Origin: Candidatus Zhuqueibacterota bacterium
Lineage (GTDB): Bacteria > Zhuqueibacterota > Zhuqueibacteria > Thermofontimicrobiales > Thermofontimicrobiaceae
Assembly (NCBI GenBank): GCA_049322915.1
Contig: JBMOPW010000014.1
Location: forward strand, 408,983 to 472,982
DNA length: 64,000 nt
Reading direction: 5' to 3'
Under the pieces are notes generated by a model. It did no database searches and was not told where the DNA came from. It saw nothing but the letters and a program-made list of their open reading frames with translations. Positions 1-10,652 of this stretch are shown here, piece after piece. How positions within the stretch are numbered: position 1 is the first letter of the stretch; each line of letters starts with the position of its first letter. Both the position numbers and the translations under genes were made by a program.

Positions 1-29
1 CATGATGCTCACAAATAAGAATTTTATCT

Positions 30-2246
30 ATGAATAAAAAATACCTGCTCACCTGGCTGGCACTTCTGGCGTTCACTCCCATCCTGTCAGCCGGGGTTGG
101 TGATTGGATAACCTTCACCAGCCAAAACGATGTTCGCGATATTGCAGTCATTGATGACAAAGTCTGGTGCGCCACGAACGGCGGTGTATTTCATTATGAA
201 ATTCAGACCGGCGAATTTTATCAATTCAACAACACCAATGGCCTTTCTTCTGTGGATGCACGCGCCATTAAAGAGGATAATGCCGGGACCATCTGGCTTG
301 GCTTCGGCGATGGAGCGCTGAATGCATTTGACCCGGCGACGGGACAATGGACAGAAGTGAATGATTACAAAGGCTATTTCATTTTCGACATTGAAACGTA
401 CGGAGACTCCCTGCTCATTGCGCTGGATATTGGGATCAGTCTGTACGATATTCGAAAAAGTGAAGTAAAAGAGACCTATAAAAATCTGGGATGGAAACAG
501 GCGGATGGCAGTCCTGCCGTTGATATTGCGGTGACCGGAATCGTGATTGTCGGTCGGGATATCTGGGCGCTGTGCGAACTGGGCGTGGTGAAGTCCAGTT
601 TCGATCTGGCCAATTTGATGGCTCCGGAAAGCTGGACCAACTACACCACGGAGCAGGGGCTTCCCAGCACTACCATGAAGTCGATCCAGGTTCACGAGGG
701 TTCTGTCTTCATTGCGACCGATTCCGGCGTCGCTGTATTCCGGAATGGTAGCTGGGTGACGATCAATTCGAATTTGCCCGCTTTGAACATCATTGACCTC
801 AGCTCCAATGGGACAAAATTAATGGCTGCCAGCCAGAGTCAGGTCGTGGAATGGAATTCCACCTCCGAAATGTGGCAGGTGATAGGGGCGAAGATTAGCA
901 CCATCAGTTGTCTGTTTGTCACCGGACAGGACGACATCTGGGTTGGTCGCAAAAAAGGCGGCAGCAGCAAAGGTTTTGCGCACTACGTTTCTGAGACAGG
1001 AGTCTGGCAGGAACTGGTGGCCCCGGGACCTCCCGGCAATGAGTTCAACTGCCTAGCTGTGGACCAGGAAGGCATTCTCTGGTGCGGTTCAAATAGTGAC
1101 GGCATTTTCAGTTTCGATGGCCAGACCTGGCGGCAATTCGACACGAAAGCGGGATTGCTGAGCAATCGGATAAAATCCGTATCCATCGATTCGCACAATC
1201 GAAAATGGTTCGGTACGGTTGGTGGGGGCCTCGCCCTCATCGATGAAAACGATAGCTTATCTGTATTTTACAAAGAAGTACTATCCGGCATTGCTGAAGA
1301 CGCCAACTTCGTTCTAATTTCCGACGTGAAAGTCGATGTGTACGACAATGTCTGGGTGCTCAATTCCGCCGCTGTCAATAGCAACATCATTGCGGTGTAT
1401 ACCGCGGCGCGTGACTGGCAGTACTTCGCGGAGCAGGAAGGATTTCTCAGCATGTTTGTGAACACCGTCTCCTTCGATGCAAATCATCGAGTCTGGATCG
1501 GTTCCGAGGAAGGTGTGAATGTGCTCGATTACAATAATACGTTATTCGATAAAACAGATGATGATTTGTCCGGAACCCTGCAGGTCGTCGATGGATTGGA
1601 AGCGAATGTGGTCAAAGATCTGGCAGTTGACTCCGACAATATTGTCTGGATTTCCACGAGCGGCGGAATGAATTATTGGGATCCGTCCACCAATCCGCCC
1701 AGCGTTAAGACACAAGCCGGCTTGTTGAGCAACACCATCAACGCCATCGAAGTGGACATTCGAAATAATAAGTGGTTCGGAACCTCGGAGGGAGTGAGTC
1801 TGCTGGCTTCTGATGGATACACATTGACGCATTACACGACGGAGAATAGTTCGTTGGTCAATAACAATGTCACATCATTTGGATTTGATGCGGAAACCGG
1901 ACGTGTTTACATTGGTACGGCGAACGGACTGTCCTGCCTTGAGACGCCCTTTTCGCGGCCTCGGGAAAATCTTGACCAGGTCACTTTCGGGCCCAATCCT
2001 TTTATGAGCAATGGTAACCAGGAGTTTATCATTTCGAATTTGGCCGACGATGTAGCCATAAAATTTATGACAGAGAATGGCATGGTGGTCCGTTCTCTTT
2101 CCAATAATGAAATTTTTGGTTCGCAGGCCAGTTGGGATGGGAAGAATGATAATGACGAGTTTGTGAGAAGTGGTGTGTACGTCTTCATCATTTACAACGA
2201 AGAGACTGGATTAAACCGAACCGGCAAGGTCGCCGTGATTCATTGA
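30..2246 (+). CDS. Secreted two-component-regulator-type beta-propeller protein with C-terminal FlgD-like Ig domain (PorZ-like)
   Basis: N-terminal signal peptide; many GLxSNxI/V-xxIxxDxxxxxWxGT propeller repeats; C-terminal PNPF...WDGKND...SGVY...TGKVAVIH domain. Confidence 0.75.
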   Translation: MNKKYLLTWLALLAFTPILSAGVGDWITFTSQNDVRDIAVIDDKVWCATNGGVFHYEIQTGEFYQFNNTNGLSSVDARAIKEDNAGTIWLGFGDGALNAFDPATGQWTEVNDYKGYFIFDIETYGDSLLIALDIGISLYDIRKSEVKETYKNLGWKQADGSPAVDIAVTGIVIVGRDIWALCELGVVKSSFDLANLMAPESWTNYTTEQGLPSTTMKSIQVHEGSVFIATDSGVAVFRNGSWVTINSNLPALNIIDLSSNGTKLMAASQSQVVEWNSTSEMWQVIGAKISTISCLFVTGQDDIWVGRKKGGSSKGFAHYVSETGVWQELVAPGPPGNEFNCLAVDQEGILWCGSNSDGIFSFDGQTWRQFDTKAGLLSNRIKSVSIDSHNRKWFGTVGGGLALIDENDSLSVFYKEVLSGIAEDANFVLISDVKVDVYDNVWVLNSAAVNSNIIAVYTAARDWQYFAEQEGFLSMFVNTVSFDANHRVWIGSEEGVNVLDYNNTLFDKTDDDLSGTLQVVDGLEANVVKDLAVDSDNIVWISTSGGMNYWDPSTNPPSVKTQAGLLSNTINAIEVDIRNNKWFGTSEGVSLLASDGYTLTHYTTENSSLVNNNVTSFGFDAETGRVYIGTANGLSCLETPFSRPRENLDQVTFGPNPFMSNGNQEFIISNLADDVAIKFMTENGMVVRSLSNNEIFGSQASWDGKNDNDEFVRSGVYVFIIYNEETGLNRTGKVAVIH

Positions 2247-2324
2247 TAACTGCAAAATTTTCTAAGCCAACCATCACGCGCCTATTTTAAAGAGCAAGAC
2301 AAAATCGGAAGGTGACATTGCAGC

Positions 2325-4052
2325 ATGTTGAAAAGCCTTCATATCGAAAACTTTGCCCTGATCGACAAACTCGATATTGAATTTGAACCGGGTCTCAATA
2401 TTATCACCGGGGAAACCGGGGCTGGAAAATCTATCCTCATCGATGCGCTGGGTTCCACGATTGGCGAAAAAATCAGCAGTGAGTCACTGCGCAAAGGCTC
2501 GAACCGTGCAGTGGTGGAGGGCATTTTCTCCATCAAATGTCTGGATGAATTGAGAAGATATCTCAAAGATTCCAATCTGGAAGATTTTGACGACATCATC
2601 ATCCTCAGGAAAGAGATATCGGATAGCCTTCGCAATCGTGCATTTGTGAACGACTCGCCGGTGCCGAATACGAACCTGATTGACATCGGGGATCACCTGG
2701 TTGACCTTCATGGTCAGCATGAGCATCAGTCGCTGCTCAATGTGAATTATCACATCAAATACCTGGATGAATTTGGCGGGTTTCGGGTGCAGTTGGAACA
2801 GGTGGAGCGGAGTTATACGCAATTTACGCGGCTCAAAGAAAAATTAACTCTGCTGCAGCAACGGGAAAAAACGATTGCAGAAAAGCGAGATGTCTATCAA
2901 TTTCAGATTTCGGAAATTGATAATGTGAAACCGCTTCCCGGCGAAGACGCCGAACTGACGCAGGAAGAAAAAATACTGAAGAACGCTGAAAAATTATTCC
3001 AGACCGCGTCCGAGTTGTTCAGCGAATTGTATGAAAATGAGCAGTCCGTTTACGACCGCATTTCCGATGGCCTGAAAAAATTCGAAGAGCTGGTGGAAAT
3101 TGATGCCAGGCTTGCCGCAACCAAATCCGAATTCGAGGCCGCCCAGGTTGCCGTCGAAGAGGTTGCCAAGTTCATACAGCGCTATACAGATGATATCGAA
3201 TTTAATCAGGAACGACTGGAGGCTATTCGGGCTCGGTTGAGTCTGCTTTCCGGATTGAAGCGGAAGTATCACCGCTCATTGGAAGAGTTGGTTTCATTTC
3301 GGGAAAGTCTGGAACAGGAATTGCTATCGATTGAGAATCTGGAAGCGGAGATTATCGACGTCCAAAATAAAATTGAAGATGAACGAAGCCATCTGAGTCA
3401 ACTGTGTCTCGATCTTTCATCGCAGCGGTCGAAAGTTGCGGCGGAATTGGAAACGCTGGTGGTGGAGCAGTTGGGTCAATTGGGCATGAAAAACGCTAAA
3501 TTTAACATAACAATTCAGCGAACGCCGGATGAAAATGGCGCGGTACTGGTCGAGGGTGGCCATTACCGGGCCACTGCGCTGGGCATTGATCAGGTAGAAT
3601 TTTTCATCTCGGCAAATGTGGGGGAAGAAGTCAAACCATTAGCCAAAGTCGCTTCAGGCGGTGAAGTTTCCCGAATTATGCTTGCGATAAAATCGTCACT
3701 GGCGCGGGCGGACAGAATTCCCGTGCTGATCTTTGACGAGATTGATATTGGAATTTCCGGTCGCATCGCGCAGGCTGTCGGACTCAGCCTGAAACGGCTG
3801 TCCAAGACGCATCAGGTCATCTGCATCACGCACCTGCCCCAGATTGCCAGCATGGCGGATCAGCATTTTGTCGTCGAAAAATTTTCTGACGATACCTCCA
3901 CCCGAACGCGGGTTCGAAAGTTACAAAATAATGAGCGCGCATTTGAGGTTGCCAAACTTTTGGGTGGCGAATCCGTCAGCGAAACCCACATCAAAGGCGC
4001 CGTCGAATTGATCGAAGAAGCCAATAAATTCAGCGAGCAATTGAAGAATTAG
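2325..4052 (+). CDS. recN: DNA repair protein RecN
   Basis: Walker A GETGAGKS, LHGQHEHQ, long coiled coil, ASGGEVSR signature, Walker B IFDEID, CITHLPQ. Confidence 0.97.
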   Translation: MLKSLHIENFALIDKLDIEFEPGLNIITGETGAGKSILIDALGSTIGEKISSESLRKGSNRAVVEGIFSIKCLDELRRYLKDSNLEDFDDIIILRKEISDSLRNRAFVNDSPVPNTNLIDIGDHLVDLHGQHEHQSLLNVNYHIKYLDEFGGFRVQLEQVERSYTQFTRLKEKLTLLQQREKTIAEKRDVYQFQISEIDNVKPLPGEDAELTQEEKILKNAEKLFQTASELFSELYENEQSVYDRISDGLKKFEELVEIDARLAATKSEFEAAQVAVEEVAKFIQRYTDDIEFNQERLEAIRARLSLLSGLKRKYHRSLEELVSFRESLEQELLSIENLEAEIIDVQNKIEDERSHLSQLCLDLSSQRSKVAAELETLVVEQLGQLGMKNAKFNITIQRTPDENGAVLVEGGHYRATALGIDQVEFFISANVGEEVKPLAKVASGGEVSRIMLAIKSSLARADRIPVLIFDEIDIGISGRIAQAVGLSLKRLSKTHQVICITHLPQIASMADQHFVVEKFSDDTSTRTRVRKLQNNERAFEVAKLLGGESVSETHIKGAVELIEEANKFSEQLKN

Positions 4053-4351
4053 ACTGTTTTTGATGTTGTTTTTAACTGTCAATATTTTAATGTGATAGAC
4101 ATAAAATTAAAGTAAGTTTTTAAAAGTTATTTTTTTGTAAAGTGGTTGCAATTTAGTTTTTTTTTCCCTATAATATGTCTGCTCGGTAAATTCAGTGTAC
4201 GGAAAGACAAAAACGTTCAGGAGGTGATACACAAATCCATACCTTTGTTTTCCTTTCTGACTGATGAGGGCTCTATGGGCAAGGTATCATTAATTACATC
4301 GGTGATGTACACCGTGACGGGTAACAACGATTTTTTTAGGAGGATATTTTC

Positions 4352-5446
4352 ATGAAAAACACCAGGACTCTCATTAGTTCCTCCATTGTTTCGTTTGTCA
4401 TTGTCACACTGGGGCTGTTCATGCTGTGCATGAGCCGCGCGCCGCACGTGAACTATGATGAACCTCTCATTGATGGTGGTGGTGTTGCATCAGATTCTGT
4501 TCAAGTGAGCGACGAAGATTTTCTGAAATTGTTGGATGAGGCCTCAGGCGACAATTCGCAGCCAGATGACAATCAACAACTGGCAGAGGACAATTCGAAT
4601 AGCGGAGACGATAGCCAATTCTCTGATATTTGGAACGAAGGCACTGGAGAGAATACAGCTACGGAACAATCGCCGGAGAGCGGCGACGAGGGCATGGCGG
4701 AAATTTTACGCCTGCTTGAAATAGGCGACGATGCCGGCAATACATCTGCTGGCGAAGATGGTGGGCAGAAACTCACCGCAACTGAATATGGGGAAAGCGG
4801 TGGTTCATCTGAAAATGCCAGTCTTTCCTCCAATTCAGCGGATCAACTCACGGAAGAAATCGACCGGTTAGAGGGCGTGTTAGCAGATCGCAGTACTGAG
4901 ATTCAGAGCCTTCAGACCGAGATCGATGATTATAATAAGAAGATCGCCGAGTTCGATTCCGATGTCAGTTCCTCTGCCGCTTCGAATACGATTCAAAAAG
5001 CAAGCTATCAGGAAACGAGCGCATCGGAAGAGTCGGAAACCCGGGAATACGAAACGCATTCGCCATCTTTTTCCAGCGATGATTTTGAGACGAATTACAA
5101 TAGCGTAATGGAATTGTGCCTGTCGCGTCAATACCCCCAGGCCATCGACGGTTTTTACGCGTTGCTTCAGCAAAATCCCCATCATGACCTGGCGGACAAC
5201 TGCCAATATTGGCTTGGCGAATGCTATTACGCCCGGGGAGATTATTTCCAGGCTGTGGCTGAGTTCAACAAAGTTCTGGCATTCGAATCGCCGGACAAAC
5301 AGGACGATGCTCAATTGATGCTGGGCCTTGCTTTTATGAAGATTGGCGAGAGAAATATGGCGCGCTCGGAGTTGGACTGGCTTCTCTCCTGTTACGACGC
5401 CAGTGAGTATGTGAATAAGGCGAATTTTTATTTAGAAAGACTATAG
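4352..5446 (+). CDS. Exported acidic-linker/coiled-coil/TPR protein, CpoB(YbgF)-like C-terminus
   Basis: N-terminal hydrophobic anchor, D/E/S-rich linker, coiled coil, then ADNCQYWLGECYY and DAQLMLG TPR motifs; AGGAGG RBS. Confidence 0.7.
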   Translation: MKNTRTLISSSIVSFVIVTLGLFMLCMSRAPHVNYDEPLIDGGGVASDSVQVSDEDFLKLLDEASGDNSQPDDNQQLAEDNSNSGDDSQFSDIWNEGTGENTATEQSPESGDEGMAEILRLLEIGDDAGNTSAGEDGGQKLTATEYGESGGSSENASLSSNSADQLTEEIDRLEGVLADRSTEIQSLQTEIDDYNKKIAEFDSDVSSSAASNTIQKASYQETSASEESETREYETHSPSFSSDDFETNYNSVMELCLSRQYPQAIDGFYALLQQNPHHDLADNCQYWLGECYYARGDYFQAVAEFNKVLAFESPDKQDDAQLMLGLAFMKIGERNMARSELDWLLSCYDASEYVNKANFYLERL

Positions 5447-5597
5447 AACGATTAAAGTGGGAAGAATCATAAGAACAGAAGCTTCCCACTTCTTATATTA
5501 TCCTGTACTTGACCTGCAATCGACGTGCTGCATCTGAGATAAATTCCAATTTCATTTTGAGTCAAGCGTTTTTTTTTATCAAAGGAATTATCAAGCC

Positions 5598-8500
5598 ATG
5601 GCTGATTTTGTACATTTGCATAATCATACCCATTATAGCCTGTTGGATGGCGCATGTAAAATTGACGATATGCTGGAAACAGCCAAAAATTTTGGCATGG
5701 ATGCGCTGGCCATTACCGATCACGGCAATATGTTCGGCGCGATTGAATTTTATAAAAAGGCGAACAAGGCGAAAATTAAACCGATCATCGGGGCAGAGGT
5801 TTATATTGCGCCGGCCAGCCGATTCACAAAGACGTCAGGCAAGTCAGGCGGGAGTGATACATCGTTTCATCTGGTTCTGTTAGCTAAAAATAACCAGGGG
5901 TACAAGAACCTGATGAAGCTGGTCTCCATCGGCTATCTGGAAGGATTTTATTACAAACCCAGAATCGATAAAGAAGTCCTGAAGCAGTATTCCGATGGGA
6001 TAATCGCCTTAACGGCCTGCCTGAAAGGGGAAGTGGCTCAAAAAATAGTGCGCGGCCAAATCGATGAAGCAGAGCGCGCGGCACTGGAATACCGTGAAAT
6101 TTTCAAAGATGATTTTTATCTTGAAATTCATCGCCACAACATCCCTGAAGAAGAGATCGTGCTCAACGCCATGACGGAGTTGAGCGCAAAGCTGAGCATT
6201 CCCCTCGTTGCCACGAATGATATTCATTACCTGAAAAAAGAGCACGCATTTGCACATGACATTTTGCTCTGTCTGCAAACCGGCAAAAATATCAAAGACC
6301 AGAATCGCATGCGATACACTACGGAGGAGGTCTATTTCAAATCGCCCGAGCAGATGAAGGAGCTGTTCCACGATTTTCCTGATGCGATTCAAAGGACGGT
6401 GGAGATTGCGAACAAGTGCCATCTAGAACTCGATACCAAAACGATTCACCTGCCGAGTTACACCGTGCCGGATGAGCACCAAGGTTCCACGCTGGATGAA
6501 TATTTGAGATACCTGACCGAGGAAGGCGTCAGAGATCGATATTCGGAGATCACCCCGGCGCTGCAGAAGCGCATGGACCATGAACTAGCCGTCATCCAGA
6601 AGATGGGATATGCCGGGTATTTTCTGATTGTCAAGGATTTTATCGATGCAGCACGGCAGCGGGATATTCCAGTCGGGCCGGGGCGCGGCTCCGCCGCCGG
6701 CAGTCTGGTGTCGTATGCGCTTCGCATCACTAATATCGACCCCATCGAATACGACCTGCTTTTTGAGCGATTCCTGAACCCGGAGCGGGTGAGCATGCCG
6801 GATATTGACATTGATTTTTGCTACGAACGCAGGGAAGAGGTCATCCAGTATGTGAAGGAAAAATATGGCGACAAAAATGTCACCCAGATCATCACATTTG
6901 GAACAATGGCGGCGCGCGGCGTGATTCGTGATGTGGGGCGCGTGCTGGAGATCAGTTTGTCGGATGTGGACAAGATCGCCAAATTGATCCCGGCTACGCT
7001 GGGCATGACGCTGGATAAAGCGCTGGAACTCGTCCCTGAGCTTCGGGATGTGGCCAAACAGGATGACGTACATCGGCAGCTCATTGAAAATTCCAGAATT
7101 CTGGAAGGGCTGGCGCGCCATTCGTCCATACATGCGGCCGGTGTGGTGATCACTCCCGGTGAATTGACGAATTATATGCCGCTGTTCAAATCGAGCCAGG
7201 GCGATGTCACCACGCAATTCGACATGAAAAGTCTCGACTCGGTTGGCGTCCTGAAGATGGACTTCCTGGGATTGCGCACGCTCACGGTGATGGACGATAC
7301 GTTGAAGCTGCTCAGAAAACGCGGCGTCGAATTAGACCTGGATGCATTGAATCTCGAAGATCCGGACACATTCAAAATCTTCGGCAACGGCGAAACCATC
7401 GGCGTCTTTCAATTTGAAAGTTCCGGCATGCGCGATTGCCTGCGACGACTTCAGCCGCAGCGCATCGGCGACCTCATTGCCATGAACGCGCTTTATCGGC
7501 CGGGGCCCATGGACATGATCGATGATTTTATCAATCGCAAGCATGGCCGAACGTCGATCGAATACCTGCATCCCATGCTGGAACCTATCCTGCGGGACAC
7601 GTACGGGGTGATGGTGTATCAGGAGCAGGTGATGCGCGTGGCAAGCGATCTGGCGGGATTCAGCCTGGGAGCGGCGGATCTGTTGCGCCGCGCCATGGGA
7701 AAGAAAGAGCACGCGCTCATGACCGAGCAACGGCTGCTGTTCGTTCAAGGCGCTGCAAAGAATGGCATCGATGAAAAGTCCGCCGATGAAATTTTCACGT
7801 TGATGGCAAAATTCGCCGGCTATGGTTTCAATAAATCGCACGCAGCCGGCTATTCTCTGGTCGCCTATCAGACGGCTTATTTGAAGGCGCATTATCCAGC
7901 GGAGTTCATGGCCGCCAACATGACCAGTGAAATGAACAACACCAGCCGCATCGTGATTCTCATGGAGGAATGCCGGCGGATGGGAATTCAAATCCTGCCG
8001 CCGGATGTGAATGAGAGCTCCATCGAGTTCACCGTGGTCGGCAATAGCATTCGGTTCGGACTCGGCGCCGTGAAAAATGTGGGTAAAAATGCTCTGACTT
8101 CCATCCTCAATGCCCGTGAGAAAACAGGTAAGTTCAAGACAATTTTCGACCTGTTTCAGGAGATTGACACCCGGCTCGTGAATAAAAAAGTGCTGGAAAG
8201 CCTGATCCAGGCTGGCGCGCTCGATTCGCTGGATGGGCATCGCGCTCAGCTCGTGGCAAGTCTGGACCTCGCGTCCGGCTATTGCCAGAGTTTCGCTGCC
8301 CATCGGGCGAATGGTCAGACCAGCATTTTCGATGCCGGCGACAGCAATGTTGCCCTGGAATTGCCGCAGCTTCCCAAAGTCGAACCGTGGGGAAAATCCG
8401 AGCAGTTATCCAGGGAAAAGGAGTTGCTGGGATTTTATTTCTCCGGCCATCCATTGTCCAAATTTGATCTTGAAATGCAGATGTTTTCCAAGCAAACTCT

Positions 8501-9032
8501 GGCCGAGATTCAATCCCTGCCGGACAAAGCCCAGGTCAAGGTCGGCGCTATCATCACTCAGATTAAAAAACATTTTGATCGGAAAAATCGAACCATGGCC
8601 TTCGTGACCATCGAGGATCTCAGCGGCACATCGGAGATGATCATTTTCGCCGATGCCTATTCAAAATACCAGGAACTGCTGGTCGAAGACACGCTGGTGT
8701 TCGTGTATGGCAAGACGTCCTCAAAAGGGGATAATGACGATACAAAAATCCTCTGCGATGAGCTGATCCCGTTGGACAAAGTTTGGGATCGCTGCGCCAA
8801 GAATATCCACCTTTCATTGAAGTCCGAGACTACAACGAGCATGTTCATTCAACAGATAAAAGGGATTTTATCCAACAGCAACGGCCGTTGCGGCATTTAT
8901 TTCAATATTAAAACGCCGGAAAATGGTGAGTACGTTGTCAAATCCAAAAAGCTGATGGCCAGACCCTCGCCGGCGTTGGTTCATAAAATATCAGATTTGA
9001 TCGGGCAGGAAAATATTTCGATTGAATGTTAA
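5598..9032 (+). CDS. dnaE: DNA polymerase III alpha subunit
   Basis: PHP HLHNHTHYSLLDG, GPGRGSAAGS, MPDIDIDF, KMDFLGL, FNKSHA, C-terminal OB fold. Confidence 0.98.
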   Translation: MADFVHLHNHTHYSLLDGACKIDDMLETAKNFGMDALAITDHGNMFGAIEFYKKANKAKIKPIIGAEVYIAPASRFTKTSGKSGGSDTSFHLVLLAKNNQGYKNLMKLVSIGYLEGFYYKPRIDKEVLKQYSDGIIALTACLKGEVAQKIVRGQIDEAERAALEYREIFKDDFYLEIHRHNIPEEEIVLNAMTELSAKLSIPLVATNDIHYLKKEHAFAHDILLCLQTGKNIKDQNRMRYTTEEVYFKSPEQMKELFHDFPDAIQRTVEIANKCHLELDTKTIHLPSYTVPDEHQGSTLDEYLRYLTEEGVRDRYSEITPALQKRMDHELAVIQKMGYAGYFLIVKDFIDAARQRDIPVGPGRGSAAGSLVSYALRITNIDPIEYDLLFERFLNPERVSMPDIDIDFCYERREEVIQYVKEKYGDKNVTQIITFGTMAARGVIRDVGRVLEISLSDVDKIAKLIPATLGMTLDKALELVPELRDVAKQDDVHRQLIENSRILEGLARHSSIHAAGVVITPGELTNYMPLFKSSQGDVTTQFDMKSLDSVGVLKMDFLGLRTLTVMDDTLKLLRKRGVELDLDALNLEDPDTFKIFGNGETIGVFQFESSGMRDCLRRLQPQRIGDLIAMNALYRPGPMDMIDDFINRKHGRTSIEYLHPMLEPILRDTYGVMVYQEQVMRVASDLAGFSLGAADLLRRAMGKKEHALMTEQRLLFVQGAAKNGIDEKSADEIFTLMAKFAGYGFNKSHAAGYSLVAYQTAYLKAHYPAEFMAANMTSEMNNTSRIVILMEECRRMGIQILPPDVNESSIEFTVVGNSIRFGLGAVKNVGKNALTSILNAREKTGKFKTIFDLFQEIDTRLVNKKVLESLIQAGALDSLDGHRAQLVASLDLASGYCQSFAAHRANGQTSIFDAGDSNVALELPQLPKVEPWGKSEQLSREKELLGFYFSGHPLSKFDLEMQMFSKQTLAEIQSLPDKAQVKVGAIITQIKKHFDRKNRTMAFVTIEDLSGTSEMIIFADAYSKYQELLVEDTLVFVYGKTSSKGDNDDTKILCDELIPLDKVWDRCAKNIHLSLKSETTTSMFIQQIKGILSNSNGRCGIYFNIKTPENGEYVVKSKKLMARPSPALVHKISDLIGQENISIEC

Positions 9033-9081
9033 CAAGACCGATCCCGCCGTTGAATGAACTATCAGCCACAACGATGATTTT

Positions 9082-9359
9082 TCGTAACTACTCAGGTTGG
9101 CTGGTTCAGCGTTCAGAGTTCAAGGTTAGAATCATCTCATTATGTCTATTTGGTAATTGAATATTCGTAATTGCTCAGCCACAAAGCTGAACGCGGTTTA
9201 AAAAAATGAATTGCCCAAAATACGAACGAATAAAATGTCATCTTCGTGTAACGTTGTGGCTTGGTGACTTCACGGCGAGACTACATGCCTGGAGAGCGAC
9301 GAAAATTCTCTTTAACCCTGAACCGGTAACCTTTAAACCTGGAACCTGAGTAGTTACGA
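9082..9359. repeat. Intergenic element bounded by a 17-bp perfect inverted repeat (REP/MITE-like)
   Basis: tcgtaactactcaggtt (9082-9098) and aacctgagtagttacga (9343-9359); imperfect inner inverted segments and a third degenerate copy cgtaattgctcag near 9166. Confidence 0.7.
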
Positions 9360-9460
9360 TTTTCCTATGAATTGAACCACGGTGCATTTGCCAATATCTG
9401 GCCGTTTATTTTGAACCGCACAAGGAACGAACGCCTGAATGGATTGGAGCGGAGATCGCA

Positions 9461-10024
9461 TTGCGGAAGACAATTGACCGAGTGATAGGTTTGATACTGC
9501 ATCCGAATCGTACCTGGGACGAGATACACGCTGAACAGGCCACTGAAGCGGGAATCATCCGGAATTTTGTGGTGTATGTGGCCGCTATTCCGGCCATCTC
9601 CGGATTGCTGGGATCGTTGTCACTGCATTTTACATTCCTATCCTCGATGAAATGGGCTGTTGTCTTCTATCTCTTTGCCATCCTCGGAATCTGGTTTTCC
9701 GCTGAAGTGCTGCACATACTGGCCGTACAATTCAAGTGCGAAAGCAATCGCGTCCAATTTTTAAAACTGACCTCTGCTGCCTTCGCCGGCATTTTTGTCG
9801 GATTTGTATTTTTCATTGTTCCGGCAATATCTGGTCTATCAATACTGGGCGTGTATGGTTTTTATGTTTTCTGGATTGGATTCCCCCGGCTGGTGCATTG
9901 CCCTGAGGAGGCGAACTTCACGTTTTCCATCATTGGCCTCATCGTTTTGGCGCTTGTGCTCGCGGCGCTGTTTCTGTTCTCTGCATTGGTTAGCCAGACA
10001 TTGGTTCCCTTCCTTCGGCTTTGA
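9461..10024 (+). CDS. Yip1-family membrane protein
   Basis: N-terminal ILHPNRTWDEI motif, about 5 hydrophobic helices; TTG start with GGAG RBS. Confidence 0.8.
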   Translation: MRKTIDRVIGLILHPNRTWDEIHAEQATEAGIIRNFVVYVAAIPAISGLLGSLSLHFTFLSSMKWAVVFYLFAILGIWFSAEVLHILAVQFKCESNRVQFLKLTSAAFAGIFVGFVFFIVPAISGLSILGVYGFYVFWIGFPRLVHCPEEANFTFSIIGLIVLALVLAALFLFSALVSQTLVPFLRL

Positions 10025-10280
10025 TGCGAAGCCCGAACGCTCTGTTCGAATGACCGCCGGGATGAATGCGATGAATCCGAAGAGATGCCAGGCATGATTT
10101 GAGAGCTGTTCTCTGTGCGACCACAAGCGCATATCGTTTCACCGAGTGTAATTACCACTAATTTCTTCAGAATATGAAGCTGTCAGGATTGATGTCTGTC
10201 GTTTGTAAAGCGCGGCAATTACCTCCGCCAGCGTCTGAAGATAAAAATTACGATTCGCGGAATCAGTTTTCAGTCGAACA

Positions 10281-10313
10281 GGGACAGGCGAAGTGTGTAG
10301 CCGTCCCTTTTTT
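10281..10313 (+). terminator. Possible intrinsic terminator/attenuator hairpin
   Basis: gggac-aggc...gcc-gtccc stem followed by a T-tract, about 20 nt before the next start codon. Confidence 0.45.
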
Positions 10314-10332
10314 CATACACCCCGGGAGGTTT

Positions 10333-10635
10333 ATGACAACCAAATCGAGCATTATCCTTATCGTGTCAGGCATGGTAATTTCCATTCCCATCACCTGGCT
10401 GCTGGTCAATCAGGTGGGCAAACTGGTGGCGCCGTTTAAAAAGGCGTATTTGTATTTAATCCTTCTGGTACTGCCTGCGTGGGAATCGCGGAAATTTCTG
10501 GTTGGCAGCCGGCAGGCGTTTGAGGAGACATTCTTTTATTTTTGGATTCTGTACACCATCGCCATGTTAATTCTATTCGTTTTCGAATATCAAAGGGCTT
10601 CAAAAAAGACCGACGGAAAGGGGCAAGGACTGTGA
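10333..10635 (+). CDS. Small hypothetical membrane protein (100 aa, about 3 TM)
   Basis: GGAGG RBS before ATG 10333; hydrophobic segments; abuts the amidohydrolase gene. Confidence 0.65.
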   Translation: MTTKSSIILIVSGMVISIPITWLLVNQVGKLVAPFKKAYLYLILLVLPAWESRKFLVGSRQAFEETFFYFWILYTIAMLILFVFEYQRASKKTDGKGQGL

Positions 10636-10652
10636 CACATCAAGGTTTGAAA

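Noticed and set aside
4258..4310. Hammerhead-like CTGATGAG and the TACATC-ggt-GATGTA palindrome
   Set aside because: No stem II followed by GAAA; a lone 6-bp palindrome is not enough to call a site.
7332..8303. Long antisense ORFs (also 33507-34538, 29389-30210, 42386-43189)
   Set aside because: Shadow ORFs opposite well-supported genes, with no recognisable motifs.
5598..9032. Intein or split dnaE
   Set aside because: Normal length (1144 aa) with continuous motifs.
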